Shown here piece by piece: positions 11,375 to 20,690 of a stretch of DNA of 64,000 nt. Under the pieces are notes generated by a model. It ran no database searches. It was given only the letters and a program-made list of their open reading frames with translations, and was not told where the DNA came from. Origin of the DNA: Anaerolineales bacterium UBA5195 (GTDB lineage Bacteria; Chloroflexota; Anaerolineae; Anaerolineales; Villigracilaceae). The stretch's first letter is position 1; each line of letters begins with the position of its first letter. The stretch lies in the NCBI GenBank assembly GCA_002412925.1, contig DHVZ01000045.1, forward strand, positions 1,541-65,540. The letters run 5' to 3'. Position numbers and translations under genes: made by a program.

Positions 11375-14300
11375 GTGAGTGTCGCTATGAATAAAAATTC
11401 CGGGATCATGGGGTTGGTTGATCAAGTTACCAGATACCTGGTGGTGGTCTATCAGGCTATTGCTATATTAGCCATGCTAGCTGTCCCTTTCTGGGCAATC
11501 CAATTCTTTCAACAGCCGTTCATCGGTGTGTTTGTTGAACATACCCTGGTCACCAATGGCGTTGGGCCCGAAGGGAATTCTGAAGCCTGGCCCATTTACA
11601 ACCAGGAGCGGGAGTTTGGCAGCCAGTTAACTGCACTATCCATACTGGATGCAACTAACAACCCAATCCAAACCATCCAGCCGAAGAGATTCAGTCAGAT
11701 TAGTGCGCTTATCCAAGGCCATTCTGTGGGGGAAAAGATTTCAGCCACGTTTGTGGACCAACAAGGACAGCAAAAAACCTACATCATCCCCTTAACCGCT
11801 TTTCCTTTTGCTGACCAGATGCGCTATTTTGTCTTACCCTATCTTGTCGGTATCGTCTACCTGTTCGTCAGCTTGTGGATTTTTGGCCTGAGGCGCTCTG
11901 AAACAGCCGGGCGGGCTTTCTCCATCCTGGCGAGCTCTGGGGCAATTGTAGCAGGTTGCCTGCTGGATATTTACACCACCAATCACCTGATTATTACCTA
12001 TCTTTGGATTGCATCTGTATCCCTGGCGGGCGCTGCGCTTATTCATTTGGCCCTCGTTTTTCCTCAAGAAGCCCGCATGGTTGTACGTTATCCTTTTTTG
12101 CGTTGGTCCGGGTATGTGATTGCATTTATATTAACGATTGTGCAATTCTCGACACTGTTTGATTTTTCAAACCCGACAGTTTATGCGACGACATGGAAGT
12201 TTAGCTATATTTTTGTTGGCCTGACCGCCCTGTTCTTTTTTGGCTCAACAATCTACCGGCTTTTTTGGTCTCCGTCACCCGTCGTGCGGCAACAGGCGCG
12301 CACAATCCTGGTTGGAACGATTTTAGGATTTGGCCCGATCACCATCTGGCTGCTGTGGACCTCTGTTTCCACCATGAATTTCAATCCCTACCTGGGTTTT
12401 TTGCCATTGGTGATTTTCCCGGTGACAACGGGTTATACGGTCTTACGGTACCGTCTTTTACGGACTGATTATTTATTAAGCCGTGGCGTATTGTATACCG
12501 TGCTGACGATCCTGGCTGTGGGCGGTTATGTTTTGCTGGTTCTTGGCCCGAGCATGATGCTTGGTGTGGTAATTGGCCCTGATAACCCAATTTTGATTGG
12601 CCTGGGAGTCTTCCTGGCGGCCCTGCTGCTCAACCCGGTCCGCATTTATTTGCAAAAATCAATCGATAACATGTTCTTCCGTGGTGAGGGTGCCCACCAG
12701 GATCGCTTGAAGATATTTACGCGGGAGCTAACGAATGCTGTTGCGCTGAATGAAATCCTGCGCATCCTGCGCGAGCAGATTTCGGTCAGCCTGCTGCCTG
12801 GCCTGCTCCATATCTACATCTATGACCAACTCAGTGACCAATATCTCGCCACAGCGGATGAAACCGGACAAGTGACAAGCGACATCCGCTTTACGGCAAA
12901 TAGTCCCTTGCCCACAGTCCTGCGCCGTGAACTATTGCCTATTTTTGCGGATCAAGAGCGCATGCCCGAATCTGTTCGCGCCGAACGCGGGCGGTTGGCG
13001 CTATTGGGCACGCAGCTCTTCATCCCCATGCCCGGGCGTGACCGGCTGGTGGGTTGGATTTCCCTGGCGGAACGCCTCTCAGGTGAAAACTATGCCAGCC
13101 ATGATGTCGCTTTTCTCGAAGCTTTGGCCAGTCAGGCTGCGGTGGCTCTTGAGCGGGCGCAGGTTGTTACAAACATGGAGCGCCGGGTCCACGAGATGAA
13201 CGCCCTCTCTCGGGTGGCCCAGGGTATTAACATTACCCTGAACTTTGATGATATCCTGGAATTGATCTATGCCCAGACAGCCCAGATCATCCCCAGCTCA
13301 GATTTTCACCTGACCCTCTTGAACCAGGCCGGACAATTTACATATTACGCGTTTTGTCTTGAAAACGACGAGCGCATTGCAGCCAGGGAAAATACCCCGC
13401 TGCTTGTCAAAACTACTCTCGACCAGGAAGTAATCAATTCTCGCAGGCCGATTTTCGCACAGGATTTTAACAGCCAGTGCCAGGTATTGGGGGTGACACC
13501 GCAGACCAAAGGAATTTATGCCTGGATGGGCGTTCCTTTGAACGCTGGCGTGGAGACAATTGGCGTGGTAAGTGTTGCCTCCAACAACCCCTCGATTTCT
13601 TATACCAGCGCCCAGTTGGATTTACTTCAATCGATTGCCGATCAAACCGCGGGGGCGATTGTCAAGTCGCGTCTGTTACAAGAGACCGAACGTCGCGCCC
13701 AGCAGCTCTCATCGCTGAACGTCATTACCCGCCAGTTGACCTCCACTCTGGAACTTCAGCCGCTGCTGAAAAACATCCTTGAAAGTGCGGTCGACATCTT
13801 GAATACCGAGGCGGGCAGCCTTTTCCTGGTGGATGCGCAAACGGATGAACTTATCTTTCAAGTAACAGTTGGGCCTGTGGCCCAAAACCTTGCAGGCCAG
13901 CGCCTGCCGCCGGGGACAGGTTTTGTCGGCAAAGCTGTCAACAACCGAAAACCGGTGATTGTTAATGATGTGGCCTCTACCACCACCTGGAATCCCGCGC
14001 CAGATAAACAGACCGGTTTCATCACACGGGCCATTCTGGCTGTTCCAATGGAAGTCAAGGATCGCGTGATCGGTGTGATCGAAATCATCAATAAAAAGGA
14101 CGGGAATCCATTCAATGATGATGACCAAAACCTGCTTTCGGCCTTTGCGGGCCAGGCAGCGGTGGCCATCGAAAACGCCCGTTTATACACCCTAACCGAT
14201 CAGGAATTGACCGCCCGCGTGGAAGAACTTTCGGTGATGCAACGGATTGACCGCGAGTTAAACGCCAGTCTTGAAGAAAGCCGTGCCATGCGCATCACCC

Positions 14301-15427
14301 TGGAATGGGCCATGCGCCAGTCGAACGGCGAAGCCGGTTTAATTGGCTTTGTGGAGGCCAAGGGCATCCGCGTCATGGCTGACCAGGGCTATGACAAAGA
14401 AGTGGAAGCTTTTAAAGAGGATTACCTGCCACTCGACCACCCCGCCGTGAGAGAAGCCCTCGAAACGGGGCTTCCGCAGCGGGTCGTTTTCAACTCTCCC
14501 GACCCCTCTCGCATTTTCCTCGATGACGCCCACAGTCAACTGGTTATCCCCATCCGGCGGGAAGCCAAAGCGATTGGCTTGTTCCTGCTCGAAAGCACCA
14601 AGCCGGAGGCTTTCCAACAGGATGCCCTGACTTTTCTCAACCGTCTTGCGGATCATGCGGCAATTGCCATTTCGAATGCCCAGCTCTATGCCGAAGTGCA
14701 ACAGGCCAATATCGCCAAGAGCGAATTTGTTTCCTTCGTGGCACATGAATTGAAGAACCCGATGACGCCCATCAAGGGCTTTACGGACCTTCTCGCCAGT
14801 GGAGTGGTTGGGCCGGTTAATGAAAACCAGGCAAAATTCCTGGCAACCATCCGCTCTAATGTGGAACGCATGAAAACCATCGTGGAAGACTTGAACGACA
14901 ATTCCAAGATTGAAGCTAATCGCATGGAATTGAAATTCAAGGAAATCGATGTTTATGACTTGGTGGAGACGGTTGTCCGTTCGAACACGCGGCAGATCGA
15001 GGAAAAGCAACAAACCCTTGAAGTTATCCTGCCACCAAACCTGCCCAATATCTGGGCAGACCGCGTTCGCACAGAGCAGGTTTTGGTCAACCTGGTAAGT
15101 AATGCCTATAAATACACGCCGGAAGGCGGCCACATCATCATCCAGGCTGAAAAAGCGGAAAACCAGTGGGATCCGCAAGGCTCACCCCAGGTCATACACA
15201 TGTGGGTTCAAGATAACGGGTTTGGGATCAGCCCCGAAGACCAGAAAAAGATTTTCCAGAAGTTCTTCCGCTCGCCGGATGAGCAGGCCCGGAAATCACC
15301 CGGCACTGGCCTGGGATTGAACATCACGAAAAGTCTGGTTGAGATGCAGGGTGGGCGCATCTGGTTTGAAAGCGAATTCCGCAAGGGAACTGCCTTCCAT
15401 ATCACGCTCCAGGTCTCTGAGAACTAA
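11375..15427 (+). CDS. Very large sensor histidine kinase (multi-TM N-terminal module, several GAF domains, HisKA, HATPase_c)
   Basis: About 10 TM segments in the first 430 aa. Repeated GAF-like blocks, H-box FVAHELKNPMTPI, and G-boxes DNGFGI and GTGLGLNITK. Confidence 0.9.
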   Translation: MSVAMNKNSGIMGLVDQVTRYLVVVYQAIAILAMLAVPFWAIQFFQQPFIGVFVEHTLVTNGVGPEGNSEAWPIYNQEREFGSQLTALSILDATNNPIQTIQPKRFSQISALIQGHSVGEKISATFVDQQGQQKTYIIPLTAFPFADQMRYFVLPYLVGIVYLFVSLWIFGLRRSETAGRAFSILASSGAIVAGCLLDIYTTNHLIITYLWIASVSLAGAALIHLALVFPQEARMVVRYPFLRWSGYVIAFILTIVQFSTLFDFSNPTVYATTWKFSYIFVGLTALFFFGSTIYRLFWSPSPVVRQQARTILVGTILGFGPITIWLLWTSVSTMNFNPYLGFLPLVIFPVTTGYTVLRYRLLRTDYLLSRGVLYTVLTILAVGGYVLLVLGPSMMLGVVIGPDNPILIGLGVFLAALLLNPVRIYLQKSIDNMFFRGEGAHQDRLKIFTRELTNAVALNEILRILREQISVSLLPGLLHIYIYDQLSDQYLATADETGQVTSDIRFTANSPLPTVLRRELLPIFADQERMPESVRAERGRLALLGTQLFIPMPGRDRLVGWISLAERLSGENYASHDVAFLEALASQAAVALERAQVVTNMERRVHEMNALSRVAQGINITLNFDDILELIYAQTAQIIPSSDFHLTLLNQAGQFTYYAFCLENDERIAARENTPLLVKTTLDQEVINSRRPIFAQDFNSQCQVLGVTPQTKGIYAWMGVPLNAGVETIGVVSVASNNPSISYTSAQLDLLQSIADQTAGAIVKSRLLQETERRAQQLSSLNVITRQLTSTLELQPLLKNILESAVDILNTEAGSLFLVDAQTDELIFQVTVGPVAQNLAGQRLPPGTGFVGKAVNNRKPVIVNDVASTTTWNPAPDKQTGFITRAILAVPMEVKDRVIGVIEIINKKDGNPFNDDDQNLLSAFAGQAAVAIENARLYTLTDQELTARVEELSVMQRIDRELNASLEESRAMRITLEWAMRQSNGEAGLIGFVEAKGIRVMADQGYDKEVEAFKEDYLPLDHPAVREALETGLPQRVVFNSPDPSRIFLDDAHSQLVIPIRREAKAIGLFLLESTKPEAFQQDALTFLNRLADHAAIAISNAQLYAEVQQANIAKSEFVSFVAHELKNPMTPIKGFTDLLASGVVGPVNENQAKFLATIRSNVERMKTIVEDLNDNSKIEANRMELKFKEIDVYDLVETVVRSNTRQIEEKQQTLEVILPPNLPNIWADRVRTEQVLVNLVSNAYKYTPEGGHIIIQAEKAENQWDPQGSPQVIHMWVQDNGFGISPEDQKKIFQKFFRSPDEQARKSPGTGLGLNITKSLVEMQGGRIWFESEFRKGTAFHITLQVSEN

Positions 15428-15438
15428 AGGAGACAATC

Positions 15439-16617
15439 ATGACATTGACAGCCGCAGTTGGACACGCACAGACGCTGGATGCTCGCGAAGCAGGCATGCA
15501 GGCCGCGCACCAGGCACTGAACAGCCTGGGGGCAGCCTCCCCGTCCCTGGGGTTGATTATCGTTCCGCATCGTTACGACCATCAACAGGTTATCAACGGG
15601 GCTGCAAGCCTGATGGCGAATGTTCCCATGATCGGATTCAGCGTCTCAGCCGGGCTGACGCAGACGGGCACCAATTCCCATTCAGTGATTGTTGCCATGC
15701 TTGCCGGGGATGAACTCCAGGCCGAAACTCACTGGTTTCCTTCATACAGCCAGGGCAGCGCAGAAACCGCCACACGTATTTCGCAATTATTGGGTTATGA
15801 ACAGCGCCCCGCTGAAAGTGTGATCTTTTTTGCCGATGGCTTGAATGGAAATGCCGAAGAGTTTTGTGCCGCACTGCCTGCCGGGATGCCGATTTTGGGA
15901 GGTCTCTCCAGCGGCGACCCGCAAGGCGCAAATAGCTTTCAGATTGCAGGCTTACAATCAGGGATGGGCAGCCTGGCGGCTGCTTTTCTGAGAGGAAATT
16001 TAAAAGTGGGGGTTGGCCATGGGCACGGCTGGCACCCGGTGGGCAGCCACTTTCGCGTAACTCGCTCACGCGGGTTTTGGCTGCGGACACTGGATGGACA
16101 ACCGGCATCTGAAACTTACTCCAAATTATTTGGACAGCAACCCCGTGAATGGGCTTCCCCGCCACTTAATTACATGGCCCGGATCTATCCACTTGGCTTC
16201 GAGCAGGAACACGGTGATGAATTATTGGTGCGCGCGCCGCTCAGGGTGGAGGCCGATGGCAGTTTTCGAATGAACTGCGGCCTGCGGGATGGCAGCGATG
16301 CTTACTTGATGGTTGGCAGCCCGGCTGATTGCCTTGCAACCGCCAGGCAGGCGACCCAGGATGCGCTTTTGGCCCTGGGTGACACCAAACCGGTCTTTGC
16401 CCTGGTGCTTGTCGATACTGCCTGGCAAATGCTCTTGCAGGCGCAAAGCGGCGCAGAGCTTAAGGCTGTTCAGGATCTGCTTGGAGAAGCTGTGCCGGTG
16501 GCTGGCGGGTACACGATTGGGCAAATCGTTCCATCTGTTCAAGTTAATGGACACCCGGGGTTTTTGAACCAGAATATTGTTGTGGCTGTCTTTGGCGAGA
16601 AAGAACCGACAGAATAA
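15439..16617 (+). CDS. FIST-domain sensory protein
   Basis: 392-aa soluble protein 11 nt downstream of the kinase, with an AGGAG RBS. The layout is consistent with FIST_N/FIST_C, judged by pattern recognition only. Confidence 0.6.
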   Translation: MTLTAAVGHAQTLDAREAGMQAAHQALNSLGAASPSLGLIIVPHRYDHQQVINGAASLMANVPMIGFSVSAGLTQTGTNSHSVIVAMLAGDELQAETHWFPSYSQGSAETATRISQLLGYEQRPAESVIFFADGLNGNAEEFCAALPAGMPILGGLSSGDPQGANSFQIAGLQSGMGSLAAAFLRGNLKVGVGHGHGWHPVGSHFRVTRSRGFWLRTLDGQPASETYSKLFGQQPREWASPPLNYMARIYPLGFEQEHGDELLVRAPLRVEADGSFRMNCGLRDGSDAYLMVGSPADCLATARQATQDALLALGDTKPVFALVLVDTAWQMLLQAQSGAELKAVQDLLGEAVPVAGGYTIGQIVPSVQVNGHPGFLNQNIVVAVFGEKEPTE

Positions 16618-16621
16618 ACTT

Positions 16622-16651
16622 AACCGCCCGCCTTCCGGCGGGCGGTTTTTT
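16622..16651 (+). terminator. Intrinsic terminator
   Basis: Stem CCGCCCGCC, loop TTCC, stem GGCGGGCGG, followed by TTTTTT. Confidence 0.75.
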
Positions 16652-16660
16652 GTAAGCTGA

Positions 16661-18034
16661 TCAGGCGGGCAGTGCAACTTGCGGCAAATCCTTCAAGGCT
16701 TCCTGGATTGCCCCGGTGGGATATTCATAATCGATCAGTTCGTTGTTTAAGTAGGACTGATAGGCCATCATATCGAAGTGACCGTGACCTGACAGGTTGA
16801 ACAGGATCGTGCGCTTCTCGCCTTTGGCTTTGGCATCCAATGCCTCGTCGATGGCCGCGCGGATGGCATGTGACGATTCGGGCGCGGGCAAAAAACCTTC
16901 GGTCTTGGTGAACTGAATGGCAGCCTCGAAAGTGGCAGTTTGTTGAACAGCGATAGCTTCCACCAGGCCGGCATCATAGAGCGCCGAAAGGCTGGGAGCC
17001 ATACCGTGATAGCGCAGCCCGCCCGCATGGATGCCCGGCGGCATGAAAGTGTGGCCGAGGGTGTGCATCTTGACAATCGGGGCCATCTGGGCGGTATCGC
17101 CATAGTCGAAGGTGTAGGCTCCCTTGGTCAGGGAGGGGGTTGCCGTTGGTTCAACGGCCAGCAGGCGGGTGCGCTGCCCGTTTTTGAGATTCTCGCGCAG
17201 GAACGGGTAGGCGATCCCGGCGAAGTTCGAGCCGCCGCCCACGCAGCCGATGACCACATCCGGGTATTCCCCGGCCAGGTCCATCTGCTTCAGGGCTTCT
17301 TCGCCGATGACGGTCTGGTGCATGAGCACATGGTTGAGCACCGAGCCCAGGCTGTATTTCTTCGTTCCGCCCGAGGTAGCGGCCACTTCCACCGCTTCCG
17401 AAATGGCAATCCCCAGCGAACCATTGTTATCAGGGTCAAGATCGAGCAGGGAGCGCCCGTAATTGGTGCGGTCCGTTGGGCTGGCATAGACCTGCGCGCC
17501 GTAGGTCTCCATGAAAATGCGGCGGTAAGGCTTCTGGTTGTACGAGACCTTGACCATGTACACTTCCAGGTCGATCCCAAAGAAGTTGCAGGCCATCGCC
17601 AGCGAGGTGCCCCACTGCCCGGCCCCGGTCTCAGTCGTCAGGGCCTTCGTCCCGGCGGCTTTGTTGTAAAAAGCCTGGGCAATGGCAGTGTTCGGCTTGT
17701 GACTGCCTACCGGCGATTCGCCTTCGTATTTGTAGTAAATATGTGCGGGCGTGCCCAGCGCCTTCTCCAGCCGTATGGCTCGGACCAGCGGGGTGGGGCG
17801 ATAAAGCCGGTAAATCTCGCGCACTTCCTCGGGGATCTGAATGTAGCGCTCAGTGCTGATTTCCTGCAGGATCAGTTCCATCGGGAACAGGACCGAGAGA
17901 AAATCAGGGGTGACCGGTTCCTTTGTACCAGGGTGCAGCACCGGGGCGGGCGGGACGGGGCTGTCGGCGTGGATGTTGTACCAGAATTTCGGCAGGTCGT
18001 TCTGGCTGAGGAAGAAACGGGTTTGGTCGGTCAT
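16661..18034 (-). CDS. trpB: TrpB2-type tryptophan synthase beta-like PLP enzyme (stand-alone)
   Basis: 457 aa with the long N-terminal extension typical of TrpB2. PLP-lysine region ESPVGSHKPNTA and the GGGSNFAG glycine loop. No trpA is adjacent. Confidence 0.9.
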   Translation of the reverse strand: MTDQTRFFLSQNDLPKFWYNIHADSPVPPAPVLHPGTKEPVTPDFLSVLFPMELILQEISTERYIQIPEEVREIYRLYRPTPLVRAIRLEKALGTPAHIYYKYEGESPVGSHKPNTAIAQAFYNKAAGTKALTTETGAGQWGTSLAMACNFFGIDLEVYMVKVSYNQKPYRRIFMETYGAQVYASPTDRTNYGRSLLDLDPDNNGSLGIAISEAVEVAATSGGTKKYSLGSVLNHVLMHQTVIGEEALKQMDLAGEYPDVVIGCVGGGSNFAGIAYPFLRENLKNGQRTRLLAVEPTATPSLTKGAYTFDYGDTAQMAPIVKMHTLGHTFMPPGIHAGGLRYHGMAPSLSALYDAGLVEAIAVQQTATFEAAIQFTKTEGFLPAPESSHAIRAAIDEALDAKAKGEKRTILFNLSGHGHFDMMAYQSYLNNELIDYEYPTGAIQEALKDLPQVALPA

Positions 18035-18067
18035 GGGAGACTCCTTGTTTGGGTATGGGTGGATTTT

Positions 18068-18247
18068 TCAGGGGATAAATATCGGGGAAGCGGCGTCGCC
18101 GTTTAACGAGATTTCAGCGAGGCGTTGGGCGTAGACCTGGTCCGCCGAGAGCGCCAGACCAGACTCCCCGCCAGCGGCCACCCGTTCTTGAGCAGGCAGC
18201 TCCTCCGTGCGGACATCGTCCAAAACAGCTATAGATTGCGGGTTCAT
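18068..18247 (-). CDS. Small acidic ORF (59 aa) between the T-box terminator and trpB2
   Basis: AAGGAGG RBS 5-6 nt before ATG 18247. Translation MNPQSIAVLDDVRTEELPAQERVAAGGESGLALSADQVYAQRLAEISLNGDAASPIFIP, stop TGA 18070-18068. It is below the ORF-track length cutoff and has no recognisable family. Confidence 0.35.
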   Translation of the reverse strand: MNPQSIAVLDDVRTEELPAQERVAAGGESGLALSADQVYAQRLAEISLNGDAASPIFIP

Positions 18248-18261
18248 AAGATCCTCCTTGG

Positions 18262-18636
18262 CAGGTTAAACAAAAACGCGTTCGTCCGTTGAACGGGACG
18301 AACGCGAAGTCCGTGGTGCCACCCGAATTAGGCTGCTGTTTTTTAACAAAAAATCCCGCGATGTTGCATCGGGATCCGGCCAGCCTCACTCTTTTTGGGT
18401 ACGCTCTCCGAGAGAGTTATACCCTCGCCCGCTAACGGGGGCTTCCGGCGCAGGTTACTTCCTTTGAACCGATCCCATCCGAGTCTCCGTTTGGGTATCC
18501 GTTATCAGGTTTCGCCCTGCAACTCCGAGGTCCATTCTGCGCTGTCGTTTCGGGCAGGACTCACACCGCTGGCTGCCTGCTCTCTGAACCGTCGTACCGC
18601 GCGTACTCGTCCTCATCGACGTTTTTTTATATATTG
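18262..18636 (-). promoter_or_regulatory. T-box riboswitch leader, tRNA-Trp specific
   Basis: Read on the minus strand. Stem I begins CGAUGAGGACGAGUA, with AGAGA (GA motif) and a distal GGUGUGA loop. The specifier loop is GAA-UGG-A (UGG at 18532-18534). The T-box sequence AAUUCGGGUGGCACCACGG lies at 18311-18330. The antiterminator is GGG[UGGCACC bulge]ACGGAC..GUUCGUCCC and is mutually exclusive with the terminator. Confidence 0.85.
18272..18306 (-). terminator. T-box expression-platform terminator
   Basis: CGCGUUCGUCCCG..CGGACGAACGCG hairpin followed by UUUUUG on the minus strand. Confidence 0.75.
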
Positions 18637-18642
18637 GGGCGT

Positions 18643-18670
18643 ATTATAGCCCTGTCTGTTTTCCTGTCAA
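18643..18670 (-). promoter_or_regulatory. Consensus sigma70-type promoter driving the T-box leader
   Basis: On the minus strand: TTGACA (18670-18665), 16-nt spacer, TATAAT (18648-18643). Confidence 0.7.
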
Positions 18671-18731
18671 GGTTTGGCCAAAATTTCTCCAGCCCCTCCC
18701 GCCGGTTTGTTATCGCCTGTATAATGGGGAG

Positions 18732-19202
18732 ATGATTGAATTAGTGATTCCCGGGCGCGGCGCGCTGATCCTCGAACATCTTGTCATGGATGTGAACGGT
18801 ACGCTGGCGGTGGATGGTATACTATTGGAGGGTGTCGCCAGGCGCATCGGCGCGCTGCGTAATCGGCTGACGATCCACCTGCTGACGGCTGATACGCATG
18901 GCGGGCAGGCAGCCATCGATCACTTGCTAAATTTGCAAGCCGTGCGCATCCGGCAGGGTGATGAAGCCGGGCAAAAAGCGGCTTACATCCGGCAACTGGG
19001 CGCGGAGTGCGTGGCAGCCATTGGCCAGGGCGCAAACGATGCCCAGATGTTGAAAACCGCGGCGCTGGGGATCTGCGTCCTGTCTGAGGAAGGGCTGGCC
19101 ATTGAAACCCTGACCTCGGCCGATTTGCTGATGCCCGATATTTTAAGCGCCCTGGATTTGTTCGATAAACCTTTGCGATTGATTGCGAGTTTGCGCAAAT
19201 GA
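18732..19202 (+). CDS. HAD-superfamily 'soluble P-type ATPase'-like hydrolase (COG4087-type)
   Basis: MIELVIPGRG..LVMDVNGTLAVDG..HLLTADTHG..AIGQGANDAQMLKTAALGICV..ALDLFDKPLRLIASLR matches this small family along its whole length. Confidence 0.8.
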   Translation: MIELVIPGRGALILEHLVMDVNGTLAVDGILLEGVARRIGALRNRLTIHLLTADTHGGQAAIDHLLNLQAVRIRQGDEAGQKAAYIRQLGAECVAAIGQGANDAQMLKTAALGICVLSEEGLAIETLTSADLLMPDILSALDLFDKPLRLIASLRK

Positions 19203-20614
19203 CCTTTCCTGAAGATGAAAACTCCCTGAATGATGGCCAAGAGCCATCGGAACAGCCTGAATCCAACCCATTGGAGACAGGCGCTGAATTTGAGTTATCT
19301 GGGGAACAAGTTGTGCCGCCTTTCCCATCCGAGGAAGAGGCCGCGCCAGAATTTGATTTCCCCGATATGGAAGCAGAAGTGGCGGCCTTTCACCGCGAAC
19401 TGGGCGAACGCCAGTTCACCCCGGCTGTGCGTTCGCTCGAGGATGAACCGGCCCGGGAAAGTGCGCCGCGCCGCCGTCGCCGCAGCCAGCGCATCATCGA
19501 ACGGCCTGATGCCAGCGAGCTTGCTGAACGGCTTGAGTCGATTGCTTATCGCGCCGCTCCTACTTTTGATTTCTTCGTGTTTTCCTTCCTGGCCGGATGT
19601 ATCCTTGGGCTGGGTTATATCATCGATATGCCCGCCATCCTATTGCTCGGCATCCTGGTTGCGCCAATTGTTTCACCCTGGGTGGGAGCTGCCCTGGCTG
19701 CCTCCACTGGGGAAGTGCGTTTCTTCGGTCAGACACTTGGCGGATTCATCTCTGCGCTTGTCATGGTTTTTGTGGTCGGCCTGCTGGCCGGGCTGGGTTC
19801 GCGCATCTTCCAACCGCTCACCTCGTCACAGGCTTTTTTGCATTCCCGGTTGTGGTGGCCTGACCTGCTCCTGCTGGTTCTTGGAACGGTCATCCTGGTG
19901 ATTGCTTTTATTCAGACTGAAAACAAACCAGCCCTGGCCAGCCTGATGGTGGCCTACGAACTCTATCTGCCGGTCAGCGCTGCCGGTTTTGGGCTGGGAT
20001 CAGGTGTTCAAGGCTTATGGCCCGAAGCCGGGCTGGTCTTCTTGATCCACCTGGCGCTTTCGCTGATTGTCAGCCTGATCGTGTTTTTCTATATGGGTTT
20101 CCGCCCACTGGAGCCTCGGGGATATTTGCTGACTGCCGGTATCGTGGTGGCTTCGCTGGTCATCGTGGCGGGATGCAGCCTGATCAATATCCGCGGCGAC
20201 CAGGGAGAGACCACGCCCATCATGGCAGCTGCAACCCCGACCCTCAAGCCTTCCCTACAGACGGTGACACCCACTCCCGCTGCTATCCCGCCTACCTCTA
20301 CGCGCCGGGCGACCACGCCAACCGCAGCCGCCACGCCGACGGAAGGCTTTACTCCCGGCCCCACGTTGTTGCCCACCCCGGTCTATGGACGGGTGCAATC
20401 GCAATCTGGCGGTGTATATATTCGTGTCAAACCGGGTGGGCAGACGATCACCACTGTTGAGAATGGCTATCTGGTCGAAATTCTGGGTGACGCGCCAGTC
20501 ATCCTGGAAGGCAGCACCTGGATCCACGTCATCGTCAAAACGCCTGCGCGTGATATCGACGGGTGGGTGTTATTGAATTTGATTACCACCGCAACTCCCT
20601 CTGGTTCGCCGTAA
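19199..20614 (+). CDS. Membrane protein with acidic N-terminal region, multi-TM core (possibly DUF389-like), Pro/Thr linker and C-terminal SH3b-like domain
   Basis: ATGA overlap with the upstream gene. About 6 TM segments. C-terminal GGVYIRVKPGG..GYLVEILGD..WIHV..DGWV resembles bacterial SH3. Confidence 0.5.
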   Translation: MTFPEDENSLNDGQEPSEQPESNPLETGAEFELSGEQVVPPFPSEEEAAPEFDFPDMEAEVAAFHRELGERQFTPAVRSLEDEPARESAPRRRRRSQRIIERPDASELAERLESIAYRAAPTFDFFVFSFLAGCILGLGYIIDMPAILLLGILVAPIVSPWVGAALAASTGEVRFFGQTLGGFISALVMVFVVGLLAGLGSRIFQPLTSSQAFLHSRLWWPDLLLLVLGTVILVIAFIQTENKPALASLMVAYELYLPVSAAGFGLGSGVQGLWPEAGLVFLIHLALSLIVSLIVFFYMGFRPLEPRGYLLTAGIVVASLVIVAGCSLINIRGDQGETTPIMAAATPTLKPSLQTVTPTPAAIPPTSTRRATTPTAAATPTEGFTPGPTLLPTPVYGRVQSQSGGVYIRVKPGGQTITTVENGYLVEILGDAPVILEGSTWIHVIVKTPARDIDGWVLLNLITTATPSGSP

Positions 20615-20690
20615 AAATATATTTTCTGCTTTGAAAATCCCTTGAGTGCAGAAGCTGGCTTCCGCACATCTTTCTGTCTGGAGATTTAGC

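Noticed and set aside
14339-15178. 279-aa minus-strand ORF antisense to the histidine kinase transmitter
   Set aside because: It overlaps the H-box, N-box and G-box coding region on the plus strand. Shadow ORF.
16940-18106. 388-aa plus-strand ORF antisense to trpB2
   Set aside because: It lies entirely inside a gene with unmistakable TrpB motifs on the other strand. Its translation is Arg/Gly/Ala/His-rich with no motifs, the typical antisense shadow ORF of a GC-rich codon-biased gene.
18114-18649. ORFs 18114-18389 (-) and 18395-18649 (+); I also first considered a structured RNA gene such as RNase P RNA here
   Set aside because: The region is fully explained by a T-box leader (specifier loop, T-box motif, antiterminator and terminator). 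Hallmark RNase P motifs such as GGAAAGUCCGG are absent. The ORFs have no RBS and odd composition.
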